Shown: positions 12,935 to 29,436 of the stretch, piece after piece
Position numbering within the stretch: the first letter of the stretch is position 1
How the letters are laid out: each line of letters starts with the position of its first letter
The notes under the pieces: model-generated
What the model saw: only the letters and a program-made list of their open reading frames with translations
The model's database searches: none
Told to the model about the DNA's origin: nothing
Program-made: the position numbers and the translations under genes
Source: Scenedesmus sp. PABB004
Taxonomy: Eukaryota
Assembly (NCBI GenBank): GCA_014905635.1
Contig: CM026548.1
Coordinates: forward strand, 434,001 to 498,000
Length of the DNA: 64,000 nucleotides
Direction of reading: 5' to 3'

Positions 12935-14582
12935 GCTGCGGCGAGCTCTGCGCGGCGCTGCGGGGCGCTGAGGGATGCTGCGCCACTCAAACAGGCGGCC
13001 CCAGGTGGCACAGACGGGGTTCGTTGTGCGCGCGAGGTGTCGACAGGTGCGGGCGGTGCTGTTGGGGGGTGCTGTGGTGGCTGGAACGGACGGGCCGGGC
13101 TGTCAATGGCGGCGGTGGGGCTCAAAGTTCGGTCGCACATGTCGCGAACAGCGCTTGGGCGTGCCGACCGCGCGCAGCCGCGAACACTGCCGCGCACGCT
13201 CAGATGAGCATTTTGGCCCGCCGCCCCCGGCGCGCCGGCGCTGGCCGCCGGCGTCACTGGCGCCCGGCGCTGCTCGCCTCCCGAGGCGGCCGCCGGCCGC
13301 TGACACGTCGGGGCGTTTCGATCGTTCAGCAGCATGAGTTACGCGCTGACCCACCGCGGCGCCGACCCCGAGCCGCCCACCAGCGCACGGGCGCCCCGAG
13401 CGGCGGCAGCCCGGCGCGCACGAAGCCCCCGCCCACCCTCGCACACACGTCCCGCCGTCACACGCAACTCCTCCCCTGCCCACTGTCAGTTGAGCCCACA
13501 CGCCCACACACACCACACCCACGCAGTCGCATGTCACGCATGTCGCGTGCGCGCCGCCACCAAATGAGAAAAAACGCGGCAGCGCCGGCCCTGATGGCGG
13601 GCCCGGCCTGCCGCTCGAAGTTGTGTTGTGTTGTGTTGTGTGTGTTGTGTCATGAGAAAGGGCAAGGAGGAGTGCGGGAGTACAGCGGGCAGCAGCTGCC
13701 ATCCACCAGCGAGGCTGCCTCAGGAGCGTGAGGTGCGCCTGCCTGCGCGGGCCAGCAGGGGGCGAGGGCGAGGGCCAATGAGCCGTCAGCCCCCGCCCGT
13801 GTCGCGGCGTCAGGCGTCAGTTTGAAAAGTACGGCAAGAGAAAGACAGGCGGGGCGCCGATGCGCTCGCCGGCGCGCCGGGCCAGCCAGGAGGCTGCCGC
13901 GCAAATTGGTGGTGGCGTGCGCCGAGCGCGCGCGCGCCCGCGGGGTGGCGCGCGCGCGCCCGCGCCCGCGCGCGAGCCAGTCATGCTGTGCCAGTCATTC
14001 TGTGCTGCTGCGATCAGGCCAGCACAAGGGTGTGCAGGCGACGGTGGCCAAGCAGCAGCCGCCGCGCGGGCCCCGACCGGGGGCGCGCGGAGGCTGCGCC
14101 GGAGAACCTGTGATGAGCTGCGCAACGAGGGGCGCGCATTGCGGCGCGGCATCCACAACCCATGGCAGTGCAACGGCCACACCACGCAGTGCTGGCGTGT
14201 CGGCCGCCTTGCGGCGTCTGGCCAACAACGTGCTCACGTCAGCACGCACGCCGCGGCACGGGCGTGCACACCATTCCGGCCCGGGCCCTGGCTGCAGTGC
14301 GTGCGCGCGGCAACAGATGCAGGATCAGCGCCAGCGTGCGCTTCACGCGCGGTGCTGGTCAGGTTGGTCACAAGGGGTGAGAGCGACGGGCCCCATCAGA
14401 GTGCAGTCTGGCGCGCGGGGGCCCTGCCGCCTCGAGCAGCGCGGCACTCCTCTGTCTTGGCGGTCTGGCAGTCCTCTTGAACGTCCTCTGGCGGTCGTTT
14501 TGGAGAGCTCCTTGCGGTGCGGCGCGCGCCCTCACACAGCTCAGCGCGCGACGCGAGCGCGTGCTGCTCGCGCGAGGCGCGC

Positions 14583-15011
14583 TCAGCACTGGTCGTGGTG
14601 GTGGTGGAAGCCGGCGGCGGGCGCAGCGTGGTGTTCATGGAGGGCCTCCTCCCTGAAGCGCGTCGCCGTCGGCCGCCAGCGCGCCAGGCGCTCCAGCTCC
14701 GACTGCCAGGTGAGCGCGTGGCTGGTCGCGCCGCTGGTGGTGCAGCCACCGCCCGTGCACGCGTTCGCGCCGCCGGGCGCCGCCGGGGCCGCCGCCGCGG
14801 GGCCCGCCGAGGACGCGGCCTTGCCGGAGGACAGCCGGGGGGCCTGCCGCGCGACAGACGGGGAGGTGCAGGGGGGCGGTTCGCGGAGCGGCAGCCCCGG
14901 GCGGTTTATGTTCCTCCGCTGGAATGGGGAGCTGGCAGGACCTGGCTCGGTCGCCGCAGGCCGTGCCAGCTGCCACAGAGATGCACGAAGCCAGCTCGCA
15001 CCTGAAACCAC
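14583..15011 (-). CDS. Possible small hypothetical protein (His-rich C-terminus)
   Basis: The C-terminal part HALTWQSELERLARWRPTATRFREEALHEHHAAPAAGFHHHHDQC* looks coding-like, but no in-frame ATG was found. Confidence 0.25.
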   Translation of the reverse strand: MVSGASWLRASLWQLARPAATEPGPASSPFQRRNINRPGLPLREPPPCTSPSVARQAPRLSSGKAASSAGPAAAAPAAPGGANACTGGGCTTSGATSHALTWQSELERLARWRPTATRFREEALHEHHAAPAAGFHHHHDQC

Positions 15012-15523
15012 GCTGCGGGGCGGCTCGCGCCGCTCCCGCGGCCCGGCGAGGCGTGGCGAGTTGCCAGCATCTTTTTCGGTCGCGTGCGGGCGGGCGGGGC
15101 TCGTCTAGGCTGCGGTGGGGGGCCGAATGAGCTTCAAAGGCGTGTAAGTTTCTGCAGGGCACCGTTCGGGAGCCTGGGCAGCAGAGCTGGCGGTGGGCAC
15201 GTGTAAATGACGACCGGCGACCAAACTGCCGCTCGAAATCATCGCCACACCCCGGCCGGGCTCATAAAAGTGGACTGGCCGTCAGCGGCGCGCGCCGGCT
15301 GCCTCGGCTCCGGCACCGCCGCCCGCCCGGCAGCGAGCAGCGGCAGCAGCGGCGGCACCGGTGGCGCGACCGCACCACTGCAGCAGCGAGCAGCCCCGGC
15401 GGCACACCGGTGGCCGTAACAGCGGCGGCCACCGCAGGGAGCAGCGTGGGCGGCGCTGCTGCGCGTGCGGCGGCGGCGAGGAACGGCGGCGGCACCGCGC
15501 GGCAGCAGCGCCAACCGCCAGAC

Positions 15524-16318
15524 ATGCTGGCCGCGGCGAGCCGGGCGCTGCGGCGCCGCACGCTGCGGCCTGTGCCCTTCATGGCGGCGCTGGGCGTGTT
15601 CTGCCTGTCCAACGCGGCCATACTGCTGTTGTCCAACAGGCTGCGCGCGCTCGCGCCCGACGTGGGCTCGATCCCCGACCTGCGGCAGGACCTCACCGCG
15701 CCAGACGTCGAGGCGGCGCTGAGGTGGGTGGGCGGCGCCGGGCGCGCGGCGGCTGCGGCCGCGCGCGTGGGCGAGGGGGGAAGGGGGTCAGAGGGGCTTG
15801 CCTCCTCGCCGTCGCGCCCACCGCGCCGCCGCTCCCCGCGCAGCGCGTACGGCGCGGCCGGGCGGCGCCTGTTTGCGCTGATCGAGGCCATCGACCTGTG
15901 CGTCTTCATGTGGAGCTACGCGTTTGTGCTGAGCGGCATGCTCAGCCTCGGCGCGTCGGCGGCGCGGCTGGAGGTGCTGAAGCTGGTCAACCTGCTGCCC
16001 TTCGCCGCCGCGGGCGCCGACGCGGCCGAGACGGGGCTGATGCTCGCCGCGCTCTGGAGCTACCCGCGCGGCGCGGCGCGCCTCGCGCCGGCGATCGCAG
16101 CGGCGACGCGGCTCAAGTGGCGCCTGCTCGCGGCGACCGCGAGCGCGGTCGGCGGCGTCGGCTGCTACTGCGTCGCGACGGGGCTGCGGCGCGCGGGCGA
16201 GCCGGCGGCGGCGGCGCGCGGCGGCGGCGGCGGCGGCGAGGCCGCGCCGGGCGGCGGCGGCGCCGCGGGCGGCGGGCGGAAGCAGCAGCAGCGGCAGCAG
16301 CGCCGGCGGCAGCGCTGA
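15524..16318 (+). CDS. Uncharacterised multi-pass membrane protein (bacterial-like family), one intron 15724-15843
   Basis: ATG at 15524 and an in-frame 120-nt GTGGGT...CAG intron. About 4 hydrophobic segments, with motifs IPDLRQDLT..YGAAGRRLF..IDL..YAF..LLPFAAAGADAAE..YP..ATRLKW. Confidence 0.75.
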   Translation: MLAAASRALRRRTLRPVPFMAALGVFCLSNAAILLLSNRLRALAPDVGSIPDLRQDLTAPDVEAALRWVGGAGRAAAAAARVGEGGRGSEGLASSPSRPPRRRSPRSAYGAAGRRLFALIEAIDLCVFMWSYAFVLSGMLSLGASAARLEVLKLVNLLPFAAAGADAAETGLMLAALWSYPRGAARLAPAIAAATRLKWRLLAATASAVGGVGCYCVATGLRRAGEPAAAARGGGGGGEAAPGGGGAAGGGRKQQQRQQRRRQR

Positions 16319-16742
16319 CGCGGAGCCTGGGCGGAGCGGGCGCGGGCACGGCGCTGGTCGGCGTCATGTCACTGCCCGTCCGCCGCCTGCCGCCCGTCCC
16401 CGACACAGCTCCCCCCGCCGTGCCCCCGCCGCGCGAGGTCAGAGCAGCGCGATGGTCACGACATCCCCCGCGCGCGCCGCGGCACCAGAGTGCCCCCGTT
16501 TCTGCAACGGGCGGCTGCTGGGCACGCGGCGCGGTGCCAGTGCGAGCCCCCCAACAGCCACCTACCGCCAGTCAGCCGCGCCGCTGCAGTTTGCTTCAAT
16601 CGCAGGCGTCCGCCCAACCCAACGCGACGCAGCACCACAACACGCCGCACGCTGCTGTTCGTACACTTGGCCGCGGCGGCCGGTCACCAGCCGAGTCAAC
16701 GAGCGCCTGGGCTCAGCTCAGCTCAGCCCAGCTCAGCCGAGC

Positions 16743-21094
<4,352 letters not shown>

Positions 21095-21430
21095 GTTGCT
21101 GCTGCGGCCTGGCGGCGGCCCTGCGAGGGCCCGCAGCCGAGCGCCCAGCGCCCGCAGAGCTGAGGGCGAGCGGGAGACGGCGACGGCGCGCTGCGAGCGA
21201 CGCCGCCGGTCTGTTCGGGGTGCTGGCGGGCGTTGTTAGCCGGAACGCGGGCCGTTGGGTCCGCGCGCGGTCTTCGCAGCCCCACGCGACACCGGCAGTC
21301 GGGCACCAGCGCGGGCGCGGCGCGCGGCAGTCAGGGCGGCGGCGGCGGGCGCGCGCGGTGGTTGCGCCGGCAGGGCCCAGGCCGCCCCGCGGCCAGTGGT
21401 GTCAGCGTTGCTGTGGGGCCTACTCCAGCC

Positions 21431-21604
21431 AGATTATGAGCCCGCAGACGCTCATGAGATTGATTGATCAATCTGGGCCAGGGCGGCGCAACCGCCGGCC
21501 TGCTGTGCCAGATTAAGACAGCCCCGCCAGCGCTCAAAACTGTACTCTGTGCAGATTACCGGCCCGCAAAAGCTTACTCCACAGAGTAGCCAGATTGCTA
21601 GATT
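21431..21604. promoter_or_regulatory. Cluster of AGATT motifs, including an 8-bp inverted repeat, upstream of the starch synthase
   Basis: AGATT at 21431, 21457, 21510, 21553, 21592 and 21600. Palindrome AGATTGAT-TG-ATCAATCT at 21457-21474. Locally low GC. Confidence 0.45.
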
Positions 21605-21666
21605 ACCAACGCTGACACCACTGCCCGCGGCGGTCCAGCAGACGGGGGCAGCTCCGGTTACAGCCC

Positions 21667-23609
21667 TCACGCGGGCGAGCGGCTAGGATCCGTCACGGTG
21701 CCGACGAACAGCGGCGTGCCACTCGCGTCGTCCACGAGCATGAACAGGAAGGGCCGGTCGAAGCGGAGTACAGGCGTCGGCACAAACGCCGCGCAGCGCA
21801 TCATCGTCACCGCCGTCACGGCCGCCGCCTCGGTGCCCTCCTCGTCGACGATCACGCACACCTGCGGCCGCGCGGCGCGGTCGCGGTCTCGGTCGCGGGA
21901 TGCCCGTGCGCCCGCGCGCCCGCGCGCCCGCGGCCGCGCCGCCCCAGCTGCGCGCGCGCGCACCGACTGCAGCACGTCGCTGATGTAGAGCGGCGTGGGG
22001 CTGAGCGCGCTGAAGTCGGCGGCGTCGGGGTCGAACGCGCCGCGCACGCCGAGCTTGACGAGCTCGCCCTTGAGCGACGCCGGCTCCGACGACGCGACCT
22101 TGAAGCGCGGCAGCGCCACGTGCAGCCCCGCGCCGCCGACGCGCTCGAACGATGCCGCGCTGAGCAGCTCGGCCATCGGCAGCCGGGCCGCCGCCGCCGC
22201 GACGCCGCCGGCCTCCTTCGCGAGCCCCTCGTCCGGCAGCACCGCCACGGCGACGATGGACGTGCCCTTGTACGGCAGCCGCACGGCCGAGTAGGCGCCG
22301 GGCTTCTGCGCGAACATCACCTTGGGCGTGCCCGGGTCCGCCATGTCGCTGGCCTTGAACGCGCGGCTCATCAGCTCCACCTGCGCCTCGCCGCCGCCCT
22401 CGAGGCGGAAGGGCTGCGTGGAGGTGGCCTCCTTCTTGAAGGCGTGCGCCCACAGCCCTGGCGCACGACGGCGCGGCGGCCGGGCAGGCGAGGGCCCCGT
22501 CGGTCCGGCCCGGGCAACGGGGCGGGGCGGCCGCGCGGGCGGCCGCGCGGGTCGGGCGGGCGGGCGGGCTGGCTCACCCTTGAAGTAGACAGCGTTGGTC
22601 AGCACCAGGTCAAACTTGGTCCCCGGCGGCACCGCGACCTGCACGCAGCGGCGGCAGCGTCGGCGCACGGCCGGCGCGCTATGGGCCGCGCGGCGGCACG
22701 CGGCGGCGCGGCGCGGCGGCACGCGGCGGCGCGGCGCGGCGGCGCGGCGCGGCGCGGCGCAGCGCAGGGCGGCGCAGGGCGGCGCGACGCGGGGCGTGCC
22801 TTGATGAGGCCCTTGGTCACGCGCTCCGCCCAGGCATTGATGATGTCGGTGCTCTGCGCCTCCGCCACCTCGGCCTGCGCGGCGGCGCGCCGCGCGCCGC
22901 GGCGGCGCTCGGGCGCGGCGCGCCGCCGCGTGCCCGCCCCGCCCGCGCCCCGCAGCGCCCCGGCGGCAGCCGCGCCGGCGCGGCGCGCACCTCAAACTGC
23001 GCGAGCATGGCGGCCGCGTACTCCGGCCGCACGGCGATCTTGTTGGTCCACACGCCGTTGGCCAGCACGAGCTCGCAGCCCTCGCCCGCGCCCGCGCGCA
23101 GGCCATTAAACAGCGCGGCGAGGCTCGCGAGCAGCGCGTCCACGTCGGCGGCGCTCGCCGGCGCCGGCGCGAGCAGGCCGAGCAGGCGGCCCTTGTCTTG
23201 GTGCAGTAGGTGGTACAGCTCCTGCTGCGTCGCGCTGCCGGAGCCTGCGCACACGCGGGCGGGCGGCGGCAGTGTGACTGTGCATGTGTGCGTGTGCACG
23301 CACCCCATGTGCATGCGCGTGTGCACGCGCCGCGCCCCATGTGCATGTGCACGCGGCGCCCCATGCGGGCCAGCCCCCGCCCCCGCTGCGCCGCGCCCCA
23401 GCGCCGGGAGCGGCAGCCAGGGGGCGGCGGCAGCCCGGGTGGAAGCTGTGCCGCGCGCGCAGCAGCCCACCTGCGCCGCGCAGCGCGAGGGCGAGCGCAA
23501 GAGCGAGGGAGAGCGGGCTGGCGAACGCGCCGCTGCCGTCGGCCGCCGGCTTGGCGGCGAGCTCCGCCTGCAGGCGCCAGGCCAGCTGCGCGATGTGGGC
23601 GCCCGCCAT
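21667..23609 (-). CDS. Serpin (serine/cysteine protease inhibitor), 5 introns, no signal peptide
   Basis: Motifs FASPLSLALAL, LVLANGVW, INAWAERVTKGLIK, LVLTNAVYFKG-LW, VALPRFKV, hinge VDEEGTEAAAVT and C-terminal FDRPFLFMLVDDASGTPLFVGTVTDP. Confidence 0.95.
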
Positions 23610-24235
23610 GGCGCTGTCGGGGAGCGACGTGGCGCAGGAGGGGGGCGCAGCGGCGGCGGACGCGGCGAGGTGCGCAGCTGGCGGCGCCGGGGACGGCTGA
23701 GGCCCCCCTGCCGACGCGTGAGCGGTCCGGACGGAGACTGATCCGAGAAGCAGCACGGGAGGCAGCAGGAGGCAGCCAAGCGCGTGGCGGCGGCGACGAA
23801 GCGGCGGCGCGGGCTGGCTCGTGTGCGCAGTGTGCTTCGCCAGCAGCTTCATGCGCGCGACGAGCGGCTTTGGAAGTGAGCGGGGGCACGGATCGCATGG
23901 CGAGCGCGTCTCGGGGTTGATGCTGCTGACGGCTGACGCGACGTCGCGTGTTCGCGCCCGCAGCTGCCCAGCTGTCCGTCCCCGCTCTCCCAGATCGATC
24001 CGACCCCGCCCTGACGACAGCCCGCGATCGCTCGCGCGCGCCGCCGCCGCAGCAGCAGCGCGCCCCGCCGCCGTTCGGCGTGCCGCGCGCAGCGGCAGCA
24101 GCGCAGCGGCGGCAGCGGTGGCGGCGGCAGCAGCCTCCAGCTTCATTCATCACCCGTAGCGCCAGCAGCAGCACCTGCAGCAGCACTAGCTATCCCGCAG
24201 CCAGCCACTAGCCAGCAGCACCACAGCAGCCCACG

Positions 24236-26624
24236 ATGGACCGGAGCTACCTGCGCTCGAGCTCGCTCGCGCGCAAGTTCTTTGAGGACATGCCGGGCGA
24301 GGCGACGATGCCGCTGCTGCTGCCGCCGCGCGTGCTCGCCGCGTTCGAGGCGAGCGTGCGCCCGCTGCTGCGCCTGCTCGAGGCCGGCGGCGGCGGCGCG
24401 TGCGACGCGGTCGCGGGCCTCGCGGAGGCGTTTGCGGCGGCGCCCGGCGGCGCGGACGACTACGCGGCCGCGCGCGAGGCGGCAGAGTACGTGCAGAGCC
24501 CGGGCGCGCTCGTCCTGCTGGACGCGGCGGCCGCGCTCGGCGCGCGCCCCGCGTGCGCGGCGTTTGGCGCCGCGCTCGTGCGCGCCGACGCGGCCGCGGC
24601 GGCCGAGCGCCTGGCCGAGGAGGTGGCGCGCCGCGCGGCCGCCAACGACGTCGCCCTCCCCGCCCTGCCCGGCGCGGCGCGGCTGGACGCGCTGCCGGCG
24701 CTCGCGGGCGCCGCGCCCTGCCCCGCCGACCCGGACCGCCTGCGGCCCCCGCCGGGCGCCGGCTACGCATTCCTGCAGCCGAGCAGCCGCGGTGGCGGCG
24801 CGTACCGCCCGTTTGCGCTGGCGGTGGACGCGGCGGCGGGGGCCCCGCGGCGCGCAGCGGCGGCGTGCTGAAGCGCGCGGCGTGGCGGCGCGCGCTGGAG
24901 CGCGGCGCGGGGCACTACCTGGCGCCCCTGCTGGGCAGGGACGGCCCCGGCGCCGTGGTGCTCACGGGTGCGTGGCGTGGTGCGGGGCGCGCGTGGCGCA
25001 CGGCCGCCGCGGCCGCGGCGAGTGACCGACCCCCGCCCCCGCCCGCGCGCCGCGCGGCGCGCGGCCCCGCAGGCGCGCGCATTGCGGCGGCTGTGCGGGG
25101 CTTGCCAGCTGCTGGACCCCGCGCTGGCGGCGGCGGCGACGTCGCGGTGCTGGCGCTGGTGGGCTATGACACCCCGGCAGCAGCAGAGGCGGCGCTGGGG
25201 GCCTGCCTGACGGAGGTGGCCGCGCGGTGCGTTCCAGCTGCGCGCGAGCCGCGCGCAGCCGCCCGCCGCGCCCCCGCAGCCCGCGCCCCGTGCCCACGCC
25301 GCCACCGTGCGCGCGCGTGCGTCGCGCCGCGTCGCCGCAGGCATCGGGCGAGGCACCCGGCGCCGCTGCACGACGCGCGGGGCCGGCCCGTGGAGCCGCT
25401 CGCCGTGTGCGCGGGCGGCCACCTGCTGTTGCTGCTGCCGGAGCCGGCGGCGCCGCTGCTGCCGGGCGCGGTGGCGGTCGACGCCGCAGCGCTGGGCGCC
25501 GCGGCCGACGCCGGCGCGTGGGACGGGCCCGCCGCGGCGGCCGCCGCCGCGCTGCCCGCGCCGGCGGGCGCGCCGGGCGGCGGCGTGCGGGACGTGGCGC
25601 TGTGCTTTGAGCTGACGCTGCACGCGAGCATGGACGCGCTGCTGCTCGCCGCGCCTGGCCCGCTCGCGGCGTGGGCGTACGACGGGGACCACGCGTTCAC
25701 GCTGCCCAGCGCCGCGCGCGCGCTCGCGGCCGGCGCGGTGCTGATGGACCCCGCGGCGCTCGCGCGCGGCGGCGACTGGTGCGGCGACGCGCCGCTCGCG
25801 GCGAGCGCGCCGCCGCCCGGGCCGCCGCGCGCTGCGGATGGCGCGCTGACGGCTGCGGGCGCCGCCGCGGCCGTTCGGGAGGCCGGCGCGCTCGCGCGCG
25901 CGGGCTGGCAGCCGGTCGCGCTGCTGCCGCCACCCCAGGCGCAGGCGGGCGCGCCCGCGGCGGGCGTCGCGCTGGACGCGGCGCGCCTCGCGACGGCGGC
26001 GCTCGCGCTGCAGCTGCCGGCGGCCGCGGCGCGGCCGCGGCGCGCGGCGCGGCTGTGCGCCGTCGAGCCTGGCGGACTGCTGCAGCAGCTGCTCGTCGCC
26101 GACGTCGGGGCGCTGCTGCTCGCGGTCAGCGCGTCGCCGTGCCTGGCAGCGACGCTGGACGCCTGGCCCCCCTGCCGTCGCAGGTGGCCGCTGCCGTGGC
26201 GGGCGCCGGCGCGGCGGCGGCCGCCGGCGCGCGCTGGTGGGCGCACCTCGCGGCCGTCGCCACGGGCGGCCGAGGCGCCGACGTGCAACGCGGCAGCAGG
26301 GCCGGCGCCGCGGCGTGGCTGGACCTGGCGCCGGCGCCGCGGACGCCCCCGCTGGAGGAGCGCGGCGCGCCGTTGCTGGCCGCGCTGCTGACCGATCCGG
26401 GCCGCCTCCGCGCGGTGCTGGACGGCCGCCCCGCCGCCGGGCTCGCGCCTCGTGCGCGTGCGCTCGCGCTGGCGGCCGCGCAGGACGCGGGCTGGGCGTG
26501 GGGCCCGCTGCGCGCGGGGCGGGGGCTGCCGCCGCGCGTCGCGCGGGCCGTCGCCTGGCGTGATGCGCCGCTGCCGCGCGGCTCGGCGCTCAACGGCAGC
26601 GTGCTGGATCAGGCTGCGCCGTGA
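24236..26624 (+). CDS. Hypothetical protein with a degenerate nucleotidyltransferase-like domain (apparent frame break near 24850)
   Basis: Spliced segment VVLTGARIAAAV...GDVAVLALVGYDTPAAAEAAL...FELTLHASMDALLL...AWAYDGDHAFTLPSAARAL...ALARAGW. Introns near 24968-25072 and 25227-25340. Confidence 0.55.
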
Positions 26625-27129
26625 GTGCGGCGCGCCCGCCGGCCCGCGCCGGCGCGGGCCGCACGGCCCTGCGGCGGCGCGCGTGGCAGCGTGCGTGCGC
26701 GCCGCGCGCGGTTACGCGCGTCGCCGCAGCCAGAGCCGCGCGCCGCGTGCGAACTGCCGTGGCGTGCTGACTGCGTCGCGCCATCGAAACGCGTGGCGTG
26801 TTCGCTTTTGAGGGCAGGAGACGCTGCACCGCGTCTCGCAGAACGCTCCGCACGCCGCGCGCGCCTGCGAAGGTCGCGTATATGCACTCGTTCATCGATC
26901 AGCCTCGTTGATTGATCAGCCGCGAGAGCAGCAGGCGGACTGCCCACTCCACGCGCCAGCAGCCAGCGCGCTCTCCCGAGGCCCGGCGCCGCGACGTCGA
27001 GGTGCCCGCAATTGTTGGTCGACCGACGCGCGCGCGGGGGACGAGCAGCATCGACGGGCGGCGCGCGCCGCGGCAGCAGCGGCGGCCGCGTCAGGCGCCT
27101 GCGGCGCAGGCCGCGCGGCGCCTGCCCTG

Positions 27130-29371
27130 ATGGCGGGCCGGCCAGCTCCGACGGCGTCCTGGCTGCTGCTTGCGCTCGCGGTCGCGGCCGCGGCGCCGCC
27201 GCCGTCGTCGGCACCCACGGCGCAGCAGCAGCGCGCGGTGACCTCACTCGACGCGGGCCCGCCGCCGCTCATCCCGCTGAGACTGCTGCTGGGCAACAGC
27301 AAGTTCCGCAACCCCCAGGTGCCCCCGCGCCCAGCCTGGGGCCCTGCCACAGCGCGGCGCCCGCCCGCGGACGCGCCGGGCCTGAGAGCGCGCTCGACCC
27401 CACCACCCCTGCCGTTGCCCCGCGCCGCCCGCCGCGCGCAGCTGAGCCCTGACGGCCGCTACCTGGCCTACATCCGGCCCTCCGGCCCCAAGGAGGTCTA
27501 CAACGTCTTCATCAAGACCCTCGTGTCCGCGCCCGCCCCGCCCCCGGCGGCGCCGCGTCGGGCACCGCCGGCGCCGCGTCGGGCGCGGGCGCGTCGCTGT
27601 TTGCGTCGCAGGGCGTGTCGCGCGACCTGGCGGTCACGTCCGACACGGGGCGCGGCGTGAGCGCGTACTCGTGGGCCGAGGACAGCAGCTCGATCCTCTA
27701 CATCCAGGACACCAACGGCGACGAGAACGATCACCTCTACATGGTCTCCTTGCCGCCCCTCAACGCCAGCAGCAGCGCCGGCGGCGCCGCGCCGGCCGCG
27801 GGCCCGGCGGTCAACCTCACGCCCTTCCCCGGCGTCAAGGCGGCCGGCATCGTCGGCAGCAAGCGCTTCCCGCGCAGGCTCTACGTCGGGCTCAACCGGT
27901 GCGCCCCGGCCGCGCGCCGCACGCGGCCGCCGGCTGTCCGCGCGCCTTGCGCACGGTGGCTGCCGTCAGCGGGTGCCGCCTGGGCGCGTCTGCGATGCTC
28001 ACAGCAGTGCAGACGCACCGGGCGCCGGCACCCACTGCCGGCACTTGCTGGCCCCTGTGTGCGCGCGGCGGCGAGCCCGCCGGTCGTGCCACGGCCGCGG
28101 CTCGCACCGCCCAGCTCCCCTCCAAGCTCCCAACTCAAACTCCTAAACCCCGGTGTTGCACCCCGCCGCCCCGCCGCGCTTCAACCCTGAACCTTGCACC
28201 CCCAGGCGCGACCGCTCCGTGTTTGACCTCTACTCGGTCGACCTCGACGCGCGGTCGCTGTCGCTGGACACGGTCAACCCCGGCGAGGTGACGTCGTGGC
28301 TGTTTGACTATGACTTCCGGGTCAAGGTGCGCTAGGAGGGGGGGGGGGGGGGGGGGGGGAAGAAGCTCACTGTGGGTGGGAAGACTGGCGGGCGGGATGC
28401 ACGTGGGCGTGTGCGGGCGACGAGCTCGGCGCAGCGCTGCGCTCACTTCTTGGCTGGCCGCGGCGAGGCTTGCCGGCCTGCGCGCGCTCACGCCGCGCCG
28501 CGCGTGACGGAGCCCGCAGGGGGCGGTCGGCTACGACAACAACAACGGCGCCTCCTACGTGCTCATCCGGGACGGGCCGCCGCCGCCGGTCGCCGCCGCG
28601 CCCGGCGGCAGCCGCGCGGCGGTCGTCACGGAGGCCGCGCGCACCAACGCGACGCGCGGCGGCGGCGGCAGCCGCGCGCTGGAGGCGCTGTTTGCCGCCG
28701 CGGCGGCGCGCAACTTCACGACCGCCGACTGGATCGCGGCGAGCGTGAGCCGTGCCAACGCGGCGTCGTGGCGGCGGCTGCTGAGCTGGCCGTACGGCGA
28801 GGAGGGCGGCGTGTTCCGGGTCAACAAGGCCGGCGACGGCCTCTACGTCGTCTCCTCACTCGGACGGTGCGCGCCCGGGCGGCCGCGGCCGCGCGGCGCC
28901 CACGCCGCCGCGGCGCCGCCGCCGCCGCCGAGCGCCCGCGCCCCGCGCGCGCTCCGCGCCGCGCCGCGCAGGGACACGACGGAGCTGCAGCTCGTCGGGC
29001 TCGGCCCCGGCGCGCCCGTGCGGGCCGCGCTCGCGTCGCACCCGCTCGTCAACGTCGGGTCGGTGCTGTTCGACCCCGACGACTGGAACCCGCAGCTCGT
29101 GAGCTTCACGTACCTCCGCACCGACTGGACCATCCTCGATGCGCCCGCCGTCGGCGCCGACTGGGGCCGGCTGTCGGCGTGGCGCGGCGCCGGCGCGGAC
29201 GCCGAGGCGTCGATTCTGGACATCTCAAACGACCGGTGCGTGCGCCGCGGCGGGTGGCGCGGCGCGCGCGCGCGCGCGCGGCGGGCGCGCGCCCGTGGGG
29301 CGGCCGGCGGGGCCGGCGGTGCGGTGCGTGCGACGCGCTGCGTGCAAGCCCCCGCCCCACCCGCCCGACCT

Positions 29372-29436
<65 letters not shown>

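Noticed and set aside
28338..28358. Poly-G tracts (also about 17176, 31357 and 34409) as G-quadruplex regulators
   Set aside because: Intronic homopolymers are expected at this GC content and their lengths are unreliable; no specific evidence of function.
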